Source of the DNA: Mytilus californianus
Taxonomy: Eukaryota
Direction: 5' to 3'
NCBI RefSeq assembly: GCF_021869535.1
Contig: NW_026262685.1
Coordinates: 1,488,001 to 1,552,000, forward strand
Length of the DNA stretch: 64,000 bases
The notes below the pieces were generated by a model. It was not told the origin of the DNA. It did no database searches and was given only the letters and a program-made list of their open reading frames with translations. The position numbers and the translations under genes were made by a program. This document shows positions 1-11,886 of this stretch, piece after piece. How positions within the stretch are numbered: position 1 is the first letter of the stretch; each line of letters begins with the position of its first letter.

Positions 1-323
1 CTTTTGTTGACACCTTAAATTTCCCTTTGATTCAGATACAGAATTATTTGAATAATCTTAAATCTATGTAAAATATGGCTCTAGATCTATGATATTATGA
101 AATGAGTTGAAACTGATACCTTTGTTATTTTGTCTGAAGTAATTATGTGTAAGCTGGTTTTAATTTTGAATAAAGAAAATGAAAAAAAAAACCTAAGAAT
201 TTTTCACTGCAGACTTCCAACAATGAACAAAAATATGGTAGTTTAAAGTGGAAATAAAAGGATTGAACACTAGGCAATTATATGAAAATCACTATTTTAA
301 AAAATGTATTTCTTCTGTTACAG

Positions 324-473
324 CAAAATGGACATGTACCTAACCATGGCCGTGATGACAGTCTGACTGATAGTGGTCAGCAACAGTTACATAGAATGAC
401 CTCTCTACGTGTACAACAACAATATCTACAAACTCAACAGAACGGCAGAGAAAAATGGAAACAGTCACAACAG
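324..473 (+). CDS. Protocadherin gene A, internal cytoplasmic-domain exon (phase 0-0), QNGHVPNHGRDD...LHRMTSLRVQQQYLQ...KQSQQ
   Basis: Acceptor ttctgttacag ends at 323 and donor CAG|gtatta starts at 474; 150 nt open frame. The HRMTSLRVQQ motif matches HRMSSIRLHQ in exon 2 of the clear protocadherin on the - strand. Confidence 0.85.
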
Positions 474-796
474 GTATTAACATTACTAAATGTTTCTTTT
501 TATATTGTTTGAATTACTGTTCCATGGAACAAAGACTAAATGAAAAAAAGATATATCCAGAAAAAAAATCACATTGTATCTTTATTAACAACTTTTAAAT
601 AATTTATGATTTTAGATCCTTTAAGATGGTTAATTTTTGTGACAAATATTTTTTTAAAATTCAATCTTTTTACTTGATAATTAGCAACTTGATAAAATAG
701 AGGCATGCAAGTTATTGCAAAAATGCTGTTGATTTGTTTGTAATTTTTATTAATAATCTTAGAATAATCACTTGGAAAAAAAATAGTTTTCATCTT

Positions 797-862
797 TGTC
801 ATTTGGTCTCTGGTGGATAGTTATCTCATGGGCAATCATACCACGTGTTCTTATTTTTATAT
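797..862. mobile_element. Short copy of abundant dispersed repeat family A (TTTGGTCTCTGGTGGA.AGTT.TCTCAT.GGCAATCATACCAC)
   Basis: Same sequence recurs at 13332, 32195, 32690, 34473, 43915, 48125 and 57190, and as fragments inside the 5.6-8.6 kb array. Confidence 0.8.
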
Positions 863-2023
863 TTAAATGTTTAGAGTTATCTCCCATGAGTGTGACATCA
901 GATCCAATATTTTAATAATGGCCTTGATAAGCTATGATAGATTGAATTAAACACAACTCTCAGTATACTCAATATTTAATCATCCTCCTGTATCCATTCT
1001 GTAAATTACCACTATCATTCACTATTACCAATATTTTAATAACCCACAGGCAGTTTCTGTAGTACAAACCGTGTCCCAATCACTTTTTGATGACCAGGTT
1101 TTTCTATAATTATACTTCCCTCACTTAAGGTGTTTATGTAATTCGTACCTCATAATGGGGAATCATTGTTACGAAACTTTTTGATAAATGATGGTGGTCT
1201 GAGAACAAAGGAAATAGAAAATGTTGGTTTCATGGAAGATAAACAAGTCGTTGGGAAATTTTCTTCCTTTTGGCTATATCTGAACTAGAAAAAAAACAGT
1301 ACTAATAGCTTCAGGTTGTCTATTTGATATTTAAATTATTATGCAATGTCATTAGTATATTCAGATTAGAATTGTAGATTAAGGATAAAAAACAAGATTT
1401 TGACAGGAAAGGTGTAAATTAGAAAAGAACTTGATGTCTTATTTAAATAATGGCATAATGAAAGATAAATATTATTTTGTATCAAAGACAATCATAATGT
1501 ACTTTAAAGGCCGAGGCAGGGAAAGGTGACAAAGGAAGATGCATATCTCAAAAAAATTATTATAATATTGATATGCCTTTGGCTGAAAGGTGGTGAAACT
1601 AAAATAGTAAAAAAAATAGTCATTGAAGTCATAATGAACTAAAATGTTAATATTTTACCCTGAAGTTATGGTGATGACAATTTTTTAAATTATATTTTGT
1701 TCACAGTTATAGAATATGTATTAGAATATAGACATGTTCACAATGTTTCCAAACTTTGGTAGAAATAATTTTTTTAATCCTTGATTCTTCTTTTTACTCT
1801 GGATTTGTTTATGATTTTCGTCGGTTTGTTTGTTGATGGTTAACCACAAATATAAGTGTTCAACTAGATAACAAGCTTTCTTCCATGTATTCAGAACTTG
1901 TTAAAACTTCAAATTCAAAAATACACAAACATTGGTACTCACTTGAATAAATAAATTCACTTTATGTGTTTATAATATTGCAATTTAGATTTATGAATAA
2001 TCAAATATTATGATACTGTCTGC

Positions 2024-2140
2024 CTGCGGGAGGGTTTTTTCTAGCTGTGTTGAAGGCCCATTTGTGGCCTTTGGCTGTTTTCTGCTCTTTGGTCGTTTGT
2101 TGTCTCTTTGACACATACCCTGTTTCTATTCTCTATTCTA
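2024..2140. repeat. Copy of a second dispersed repeat (family B; TGTTGAAGGCCCATTTGTGGCC...TTGTCTCTTTGACACAT)
   Basis: GC-richer island in an AT-rich intron. It resembles a common mussel repeat from memory only; there is a single copy in the window. Confidence 0.5.
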
Positions 2141-2253
2141 TGATCAGACTGTAAGCTTAGCCTCCTACAATATCATGCTTTTTAAGGTACCATGAATTCA
2201 TAGATAAATTCATAATTTAACCCAATAATAATTAAGATTTGATTATTTTCCAG

Positions 2254-2374
2254 CAACAGAGACAGTTGTCCCCAGTGGCTAAGTCTGAGGACAGTGACAT
2301 GTCTGCTGTCTCTACTACAGACAGTGGCAATGGTGGCAGTGATGAAGATGTTAGAAATCATCCACCAGAATCAG
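2254..2374 (+). CDS. Protocadherin gene A, cytoplasmic exon with DSGxGGS(D/E)ED motif (phase 0-1)
   Basis: Acceptor attattttccag ends at 2253; donor TCAG|gttggt. Translation QQRQLSPVAKSEDSDMSAVSTTDSGNGGSDEDVRNHPPES aligns with SDLSEDVTSDSGRGGSEEDV of gene B. Confidence 0.85.
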
Positions 2375-3034
2375 GTTGGTATTCTTCAGGGAGAAATTAC
2401 TCAAGTTACTTTGATGTGAAATATTCCAAAATATTTTATTGCTATGTAACTTATATGTTAACTAGGCAGCACTAAAAATCACTAAATATTTGCAAAAATG
2501 AGAAAAAATTCTTGTTCTTACAACACATATTAATAGACAGTAACAGCAGAAATTTCTTCACCTTAAAAAGAAAAAAGTATTACAAAAATATTGAACTCCC
2601 AAGGTAAATTCAAAAAGGAGAATCCATAAAGCCTGACAAAACCAAATGCTCGACTACATCAAACAATAAAAGGAATGGAAAACTATCATATTTCTGACTT
2701 GGTACAGGCATTTTCTGGAGAAAATGGTGGGTGAAACCTGGTTTTATAGCTAGCTAAACCTCCCACTTGGAAAAGAATAATGTGAACACTGGTTAACAAG
2801 CAGTCAGAATTCAAAGATATTCATAGGAAAAAGGAAAACAGTCAAATTATATTTGTTATTAAAATCCTTCTGTCTTAGTAACAGTGAACAGTAAATGACA
2901 TTTATTGTTAAAATTTCCTAGCTGTCTCTATTCTCCATCTGTCTTAGTAAAAAAAAAACAGTACATATGTTAAAAGATTCACCAATTTTGCAGAAAATAC
3001 ATAATATTTGACCAGCTTTTATTTGTACTTGCAG

Positions 3035-3528
3035 GTTGTCGCCCTGGTTCTGTATCTCCAAGACAACACTCTACCACAGATAGTGCTATTTCTAGAGACA
3101 TCAGTGCTACAAAACCTATATTATCTACTTTTGGACATCCACAAAATGGTGGCATGTCCACATTTCCACGCAATCCACAGGGAAAAAATCAAATGTTTCA
3201 TAATGTTAGAGACCCTCATTATCATAATAACTATGAAGGTGCAAAAATACAAAGACTTCATTCAGATAATATTCATCCTCATCAACAATACATTGACATT
3301 CCACGAGTGCCATCGGGGGACCTGTTTCATGGAGATCTTCAAAGAGCTAACAGAAATAACAATTTGACTCGTTCATATGAAGATACTTTAAGTGACAGTT
3401 GTGTTTCTCCCCGAGACGAGGATGACAGAGCTACGACAACATCGGGAAGTTACACAGTAAACCCTGACGATCTTTGTACTGAAATTGATGAATTATTTTT
3501 TCGAGATCGAGGAGATACAGTAGTATAG
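3035..3528 (+). CDS. Protocadherin gene A, terminal coding exon ending ...DDRATTTSGSYTVNPDDLCTEIDELFFRDRGDTVV*
   Basis: Acceptor tgtacttgcag ends at 3034. Phase 1 joins the previous exon in frame (G+GT=Gly) and is in frame with ORF 3154-3528. The TTTSGSYT tail is one I recognise from molluscan protocadherins. Confidence 0.85.
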
Positions 3529-5140
3529 TATAGAATGAATGAATGAATGAAGGTTCTGTGAGAGAGTGAGAAAGAGGTTTTTGTAAGTGAACAAAATATT
3601 TTTATACAGCATGTTTGTATGAGAGAATATTGAGGGAAATTAATTCCATGTCTTGCCAAAGAATTGAATAGTGCATAAATATTTCGCCACTGCCAATTGT
3701 TGTATAAGAAGGTCACATGATCATTACCATAATGTTCTTACACTTTTAAATAAGAAGTCAAATGTGACATTAATTTGGGTAATTATAATTTAAAAAAAAA
3801 ATATAATGTTCAGAAATAGAAAGTTTTGACATGTTGGATGTGTTTTCAGGAAGTCTAAAAATAAAACTCTAAATTTTTTGTTTAATTTCTTTGGTTTACA
3901 ATTTAACAAAAAGTGATGTTTGCAAAAGTGCCATCTTCCATTGATCATTATAAGCCATTTGATTGGCTGCTTTTGGGCTTCCAAACATCCTTCATTTTGA
4001 AACTAAACATGCAGTCACCACGGTATTCAGTCAGTAGCGATCAGCTATACATATATTTCTTCACCATTTAATGACAAATAAGCTCCTTATATTTGTTCTG
4101 CTTTCCAGCCATTGAAATTTTTTAATTAGAAAATTGCTGCTTTTGCATTACAATTTAATTTTGATTGACATTAATGAATTTTTTTTCGTCTTTTGGAAAA
4201 AGAATATCTGACATTGGTTGGCAACCAATCTTTTTTAAGATACTTTTCAAGAATTGCTATTAATTATCTGACATCAAATATTCTCTTTTTAAAAAATTAG
4301 AGAACTGAAGGCAGAATTTCAGGTGTAATGAGCTTTAAGATAAAGTGCACAATATGATGTCATAATGAAAAATTGGTCATGTCTAAATAGACCCTGTCTA
4401 TTTTCATTTAGTATACCAAAACACTGTTCTGATGTGTGCTACATGTATACTAAAACAAAAGTTTCCATTAAATAAACTTGCTATGTTACATTGAAATCCA
4501 GATTTAATGATCTCAGTTAAATGTTTGTGTTTTGTCCTGATTGTACAGTAAATTATAATCTAGCACCCGAGTGCCAGGGGGTTGTCATGGTAACACTGTT
4601 GTGATGTTGTCCATCTAAATGGACTTTTTTGTTGAATCTGTTTGTTAAGATTATTTGAACATTTTTGAATCACAAATATTTTGTATAGTCAAATATTCAT
4701 AAGATAAAGAAAAATAAATATATGAAAACCTTAGCATAGATTTATTTGTTGCCAGTTGTCATAATTATTAAATGCTTTGCAGGTTACACTTCCTAGAGAA
4801 GGTCAAACACCAATTTAGCTGACTGCATTGAATGTAAGAAACATGTACTAGTTGTATAAAGCTTTATATACCACATGGTAGAAAAACTAGCTATATACAG
4901 ATAATTCATATCTTGATAACAGATGGTCTGAGGTGTCCATTTGGTATATGTCTGCTGTTGACCTCATTGTTGTTGTTTAGTGACTGCCAAAAAAATGTTA
5001 CCAGAATAATTTAGTCCCTTCCAGTAATCAATCTCTCCTACTTGCCAGGGCCTCAATTCCTTTTACACAAAAAACTCTTAATGAATCCTGGATTTTGATT
5101 GGTGCCATGTGGAAGGAGTTTGGTATTTTTGTTATTTTAC

Positions 5141-5605
5141 TTTGTATGCCCCCACTGTAGCGGAGGGGGCATTAAGTTTTACCCTTGTCCGTCTGTACGT
5201 CCATTCGTCCGTCCGTATGTCTGAACATACGTCTGTACGTCTCAAAATTGGTTTCCGTTCTCTAACTTAAGTTTGCCTCAAACAAATGATATGAAACTTA
5301 TACACAATGCTTATCACTACATAACATAAATCAAGTTTGAATTTTGGTGGCGTCACTTTTACCGTTCTAGAGTAATGCCCCTTTACAAATGGAAAAATTG
5401 CTGAATTTTTCGTTTCCATTCTCTAATTTAAGTTTGCCTTAACCAAATGTTATGAAACTTATACACAATGCTTATTACCACAAAACTCAAATCAGGTACG
5501 AATTTGGGTAGCGTGACTTTTACTGTTCTTGATTTATGTTCCTTTATAACGTTTTATGCAAGCGGGGCATCATCTGTGTCCCATGGAGACATTCCCCATT
5601 TATTT
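5141..5605 (+). mobile_element. Helentron-associated (HINE/DINE-1/pearl-like) non-autonomous element
   Basis: 5' hairpin ATGCCCCC(5146-5153)/GGGGGCAT(5165-5172), then a GTCY microsatellite and two ~161-bp cores (GTTTCC at 5251 and 5412). 3' subterminal GGGGCAT (5564-5570), short palindrome TGTGTCCCATGGAGACA and T-rich end. Confidence 0.8.
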
Positions 5606-5639
5606 TCACATTAAGATGAGAGCTATATTTCACAGAGAT

Positions 5640-8582
5640 TTTCAAGGTATATGTCGGAGAATTATGGGAGGTATGTGTCACATAGAGATATAGGGTATAT
5701 GTCACAAAGAGATGTGAGGTATATATTACAAAGAGATATAGGGTATATATTACAGAGAGATGCGTAAGGTATATGTCACAGGAATATATGGGGTATATGT
5801 CACAGAGAGATATAGTGTATATGTCACACAGAGATGTGGTGTATATGTCACAGAAATATGTAGGGATTATGTCACAAAAAGATGTGGGGTGTATGTTACA
5901 AAGAGAAGTGTGCAATGTGTCATAGAGGGATATGGAGTATATGTCACAGAGATTTGAGTAAATGTCACAAAGTGATATAAGGTTTATTCTACAGAGAGAT
6001 GGGATGAATATGTCACAGATATATGGACTATATCACTGAAAAATTTGAAGTAAGTGTAACAGAGAGATATGGATACAAGTCAGAGAGATATGATGAATAT
6101 GTCGCTGAAATGTGGGGACTATGTCATAGAGATGTAAGCTAAATGTCACAATTAGATGTGTTGAGTATATCACAAAGATGTGGGGTGTATGTTTCAGAGA
6201 GATGTGGGTTATATGTCACAGAAAGGTTTGGGGTATATGTTTCCGAGAGGTGTGGGTTATATGTCACAGAAAGGTTTGGGGTACATGTATATGTTTCAGA
6301 GAAGATTTGGTTATAGGCCAAAGAAATGTGGGTAATAGGTCACAGAGATGCAGGCTATATGTCACACAAATATGTTGGGTTATTTGTCACAGATAGGTTT
6401 GGGGTAAATGTCACATGAGAGATGTGGGTTATATGTTACAGAGAGGTTTGGGCTATACGTCACTGAGAGATGTTATATATATGTCACAGAGAGATGTGGA
6501 TTATATGTCACAGTTAAGGACGCTATATGTCACAAAGTGATGTGGGTTGTATGTCACATAGCAATGTTGGTTATATGTCACAGAGTAACATGGTTTATAT
6601 CTCACAGAGTAACGTGGTTTATATGTCACAGAGTAATGTGGGTTATATGTCACAGAGTAATGTGGGCTATATGTCACAAAGTGGTTGGGTAATATGTCAC
6701 AGAGTAATATGGGTTATATGTCACAGAGTAATGTGGGTTATATGTCACAGAGTAATGTGGGCTATATGTCACAAAGTGGTTGGGTAATATGTCACAGAGT
6801 AATATGGGTTATATGTCACAGAGTGATGTGGGTTATATGTCACAGAGTAATGTGTGCTGACTAAGATGGAGAGTTGTCTAATTGGCACTCATATCACATC
6901 TTCTTATATCTATATGTCACAAAGTGATTGGGTTATATGTCACAGAGTAATATGGATTATATTTCACAGAGTAATGTGGGTTATATGTCTCAGAGTAACG
7001 TGGGTTATATGACACAGAGTAACATGGGTTATATGTAACAGAGTGATGTGGGTTATATGTCACAGAATAATGTGGGTTATATGTCACAGAGTAACGTGGG
7101 TTATATTTCACAGAATAATGTGGGTTATATGTCCCAGAGATGTGTGTTATATGTCACAGAGATGTGGGTAATATGTCACAGAATAATGTGGGTTATATGT
7201 CACAGAGTAACGTGGGTTATATGTCACAGAGCAATGTGGGCTATATGTCACAAAGTGGTTGGGTAATATGTCACAGAGTAATATGGGTTATATGTCACAG
7301 AGTGATGTGGGTTATATGTCACAGAGTAATGTGTGCTGACTTGGATGGAGAGTTGTATCATTGGCACTCATACCACATCTTCTTATATCTATATGTCACA
7401 AAGTGATTGGGTTATATGTCACAGAGTAATATGGGTTATATGTCACAGAGTAATGTGGGTTATATGTCACAGAGTAATGTGGGCTATATGTCACAAAGTG
7501 GTTGGGTAATATGTCACAGAGTAATATGGGTTATATGTCACAGAGTGATGTGGGTTATATGTCACAGAGTGATGTGGGTTATATGTCACAGAGTAATGTG
7601 TGTTGACTTGAATGGAGAGTTGTCTAATTGGCACTCATACCACATCTTCTTATATCTATATGTCACAAAGTGATTGGGTTATATGTCACAGAGTAATATG
7701 GGTTATATGTAACAGAGTGATGTGGGTTATATGTCACAGAATAATGTGGGTTATATGTCACAGAGTAACGTGGGTTATATGTCACAGAATAATGTGGGTT
7801 ATATGTCCCAGAGATGTGGGTTATATGTCACAGATATGTGGGTTATATGTCACAGAATAATGTGGGTTATATGTCACAGAGTAACGTGGGTTATATGTCA
7901 CAGAGTAATGTGGGCTATATGTCACAAAGTGGTTGGGTAATATGTCACAGAGTAATATGGGTTATTTGTCACAGAGTGGTGTGGGTTATATGTCACAGAG
8001 TAATGTGTGCTGACTTGGATGGAGAGTTGTCTCATCGGCACTCATACCACATCTTCTTATATCTATATGTCACAAAGTGATTGGGTTATATGTCACAGAG
8101 TAATATGGGTTATATGACACAGAGTAATGTGGATTATATGTCTCAGAGTAACGAGGGTTATATGTCACAGAGTAACATGGGTTATATGTAACAGAGAAAT
8201 GTGGGTTATATGTCACAGAATAATGTGGGTTATATGTCACAGAGTAACGTGGGTTATATGTCACAGAATAATGTGGGTTATATGTCACAGAGATGTGGGT
8301 TATATGTCACAGAATAATGTGGGTTATATGTCACAGAGTAACGTGGGTTATATGTCACAGAATAATGTGGGTTATATGTACCAGAGTGATGTGGGTTATA
8401 TGTCACATAGAGATGTGGGTTATATGTACCACAGTGATGTGGGTTATATGTCACAGAGTGATGTGGGTTATATGTCACAGAGTAACGTGGGTTATATGTC
8501 ACAGAGTAACGTGGGTTATATGTCACAGAGATGTGTGTTATATGTCACAGAGATGTGGGGTATATCTCACAGAGAGATATGG
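5640..8582. repeat. 22-24 bp minisatellite (GTCACAGAGTAATGTGGGTTATAT) with higher-order structure
   Basis: About 2.9 kb of directly visible units, diverged on the left and homogeneous on the right. Four related non-unit inserts near 6865, 7344, 7611 and 8018. Confidence 0.95.
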
Positions 8583-9559
8583 GGTAGATATCAGAGTAAC
8601 AGTAACCCTTAAACATACAAATGAAAATAGAAAATGTTTATTGAACATATATATTAAACAGTATTTTCCACACAAAAACATAAGCTTTTCACAAGGTATA
8701 AAATAGGTCAAGATTCTTAAGACAAGTTCCACACATGAATTTAGGTCCGTTTTTAGTCTACAAGAAGTTATTCATATAATTAAGTATTGTTTTCGTTCCC
8801 TTGGTACCTGATAAAGTTTAATTGTTCCTCCTGTGAAAGTAAGTATTGAAATTTTCGTAAAGTCGTTTTGTTTTTAGCATTTGTCACTGATGTCTTTGAA
8901 CAAAAAATGCAAATCGCTATAGCAGTGCTGTACAGTTATCTTTTCAGCGTGGTTTGTTGTAGAAATGGAAAAGAAGGGATATGCTGTATTAATTTGTGAA
9001 TAAACAGATAGACATATTTGACAAACTTCCAAAAACAAAGGAACAGTGCTCGTTCATCTCAAAGTCACGGTGATTCAAAAGCTCGCCCCTCTTGGCAGCA
9101 CAGTTCATTGAGTATCCTGATTTAGCAGTTATTATCTACATGTAGCTTCTTTTGTGAACGATTTTATAAAAGTTTTCTTAATCAAATCTAAGATTTTTTG
9201 TAAAATTCTCAAAAGAGATAACAGATTAGAATAAAAGTTCTTTTGTCTAGTTTCTGAAAAAAATATGTAAATTGCAGTACTCAACAAAATATAAGGATGT
9301 GTGATATGAGTGCCAATAGAATATAGTTTATTGGAGGTCAATGTTAATGACATGGGTACAAAATTTGACCAACATTGCCAACTAAGCACACATGATATGA
9401 CCACTGCGGTCTCTTCCTACATAAAAGTATACAAAGACGTGGCGTTGGAAAGGATCATTTTTTGTGTAAAATATACCAAAACAAATGACAAATTCAGAAA
9501 TTTATACAAGGGGATGGACCACTTTTTAGATCAGCGGCCATAAAAGATCACAAAAGACA

Positions 9560-9665
9560 GATGAGCCTTTTCAATCACTTGGCGTCCGTCCTACATCCGT
9601 CATCCCGTCGTAAACTTTTTGGAAGATATTTTCCTCTGAATCTACTGAACCAAACCAATTCCACA
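9560..9665 (+). mobile_element. 5' fragment of a HINE-like element (GAGCCTTTTCAATCACTTGGCGTCCGTCC...)
   Basis: Similar to the reverse complement of the 15500-15641 end of the element at 15100-15641; has a GTCC microsatellite. Confidence 0.55.
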
Positions 9666-10089
9666 GGCTATCTATTAAACATCTATTTATTGTACATGTA
9701 TTTGAATCGTCGTGTATACCTTTTCCTTCAATGTTGTTAATTCGAGTTAGTACTTTTTTTTTAACTGCAGTTGTACACGAAGCAGAACGTGGAAATACTT
9801 TTGTGAAATGAAATTAATTAACCATTTCCCAACGCATGAATTATCAACACTGAAACATGTAAGCTGGCGATAAGAAAAGCCTTGTGGTTGAATGTTTTTG
9901 GTGTGTAATGTTTAAAAATTATTATGCAGCTGACAAATGTTTGGCGGATTTTTCTTCTGTTATGACTTTTGATTGCCCTTTTGGACGTTCTTACTTTTTT
10001 ATCAGATAAGAGTAACAGAAACAGGTTTTTTTTAATAAAACCATCACCATTCGTCACTTTCGGTTGTCAAGAAATAATAAAATCTTTCC

Positions 10090-10138
10090 CAATCTAATTA
10101 AATATAGAAAATCAGAGATCTATATTTTAATTAGATTG
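10090..10138. mobile_element. 49-bp hairpin (CAATC...GATTG) between 9-bp direct repeats; mini TIR element or excision scar
   Basis: Arms CAATCTAATTAAATATAGA and TCTATATTTTAATTAGATTG (one A-run indel); AATCTTTCC at 10081-10089 and 10139-10147. Confidence 0.6.
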
Positions 10139-10410
10139 AATCTTTCCAAGATTCCAAAACCGGGTGTGTTGTACGGAATGATAAGGTGTACATGTCCGTA
10201 AAAACCAAAGTTGACCTTAGATGGATTTGGCTATTTTTAGGTCCTTTACTGTCACATACCCGTAGCTTTTCTACTGTTTCGGTTCTTATACAAAACGTTT
10301 CGGACGCATGAAATTTAAAAAAGTGTTGTTTTCATTTTTTTAACAAACTAAATATTGGTAAAGACAGTCGAAACTTGAAGATTTTACTTGACCTAATAGT
10401 TTTCCTTTAC

Positions 10411-10839
10411 CTATAAACTGTATAGCATTGGGTTTCTATAAACTGTATAGCATTGGGTTTCTATCAACTGTATAGCATTGGGTTTCTATCAACTGTATAT
10501 ATAGCATTGGGTTTCTATCAACTGTATAGCATTGGGTTTCTATAAACTGTATAGCATTGGGTTTCTATAAACTGTATAGCATTGGGTTTCTATCAACTGT
10601 ATAGCATTGGGTTTCTATAAACTGTATAGCATTGGGTTTCTATAAACTGTATAGCATTGGGTTTCTATAAACTGTATAGCATTGGGTTTCTATAAACTGT
10701 ATAGCATTGGGTTTCTATAAACTGTATAGCATTGGGTTTCTATAAACTGTATAGCATTGGGTTTCTATAAACTGTATAGCATTGGGTTTCTATAAACTGT
10801 ATAGCATTGGGTTTCTATAAACTGTATAGCATTGGGTTT
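10411..10839. repeat. 25-bp tandem repeat CTATAAACTGTATAGCATTGGGTTT, 17 copies
   Basis: Counted units. Variants are CTATC versus CTATA, and one unit with an extra ATAT. Confidence 0.97.
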
Positions 10840-10894
10840 GAAATTACTAAACTAAATTGGGTAAGTCAATCACTGAAACTTTCTTAAAAAGAGT

Positions 10895-11886
10895 GCACAC
10901 ACAGAAATGTCTCGCCTGCTTTACAGATCATAATAGAAATTTATGTTGAAAATCTTTAAGATAAAGTTTTATTACAGCTTAACATTACCAGTGAACCATG
11001 AAGGTGTGATCAAGGTCAGACGAACCCTGATTGACGGACATGTAAACCTAATAGTTCAGTACAACAAATATAGTTGACCTATTACATAAAGTATCCGAGA
11101 AACGGACATAATCACAAAAAAACTGAGCATTGGCCAATGAACGATGAAAAGGAGGTCAAGATCAGATGAACCCTCTTAGATGGACATATTCATCTTCCAA
11201 TAATTTCATATACCAAATATAATTTATATTTTGCTTTTAGTAACTGAAACCGACCTTAACACGAAAACTTGAAATGAACCATACCATGAAAATGAAGTAA
11301 AGCCAGTCGGACAATCGTTCCATTTTGAATGGTACTAGTATCTGGGAAACGGGTCCCTCCACGATAACTTAATACTTTGATAAATGAACCAAGAAAATGA
11401 GGTCATGGTCCGTTGAACCCTCCCAGATGGACATAATTCTATACTAACTTCTTACAGTCATTCCATTATATAGTTGACCTGATGCGTATAAAATTAGAAA
11501 ACGGGCGTAACAGGAAAATTAACGTTGAAAACTGAGCCATGAGATGAGGCCAAGGCGAGATGAACCCTGTCTGACGTTGACTTTGCAAGATTCCATCTAT
11601 CAAATATTAAGTTATATTACTCATAATGAGTGAGAAAATCTCGTGATAAAAACAGCAATGTTTAAAGCAGACGCTGAACAATAAAAAGGAGGTCAAGGAA
11701 AACGGACATATTCCAGACAGAAACTTCAGAACATAATGCATCTGAATTCAAGATATGAGATCTTCTTACAGCTTTAAACAAATAGTTTACGCCTTCGCCG
11801 CCGCCTACGCAGCTACCTTCGCCGAACTAGCAACACCATGTCACGAAAGCATTCCGCTATACATTTGTTGCAGGCACGACAAAAAA
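10895..11886 (-). mobile_element. HINE-like element with ~5-6 degenerate ~145-bp cores
   Basis: Subterminal inverted pair GTCTCGCCTGC (10909) / GCAGGCACGAC (11870-11880) + AAAAAA, a (CGC)n tract near 11795, and a repeated ATGAACC..GAGGTCAAGGTCAGATGAACCC..GGACAT core. Confidence 0.7.

Noticed and set aside
6850-8070. Repeat-spacer-like pattern suggesting CRISPR
   Set aside because: The inserts are copies of each other rather than unique spacers, repeats are mostly adjacent, the context is eukaryotic, and there are no cas genes.
5544-8732. Many 60-160 aa ORFs with 8-residue repeats (MSQSNVGY, MWVICHRV, VTYNPHYS)
   Set aside because: They are translations of a 24-bp minisatellite, open in several frames on both strands, and broken by 22-23 bp units.
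10411-10839. 25-bp repeat of CRISPR-like length
   Set aside because: Units are head-to-tail with no spacers.
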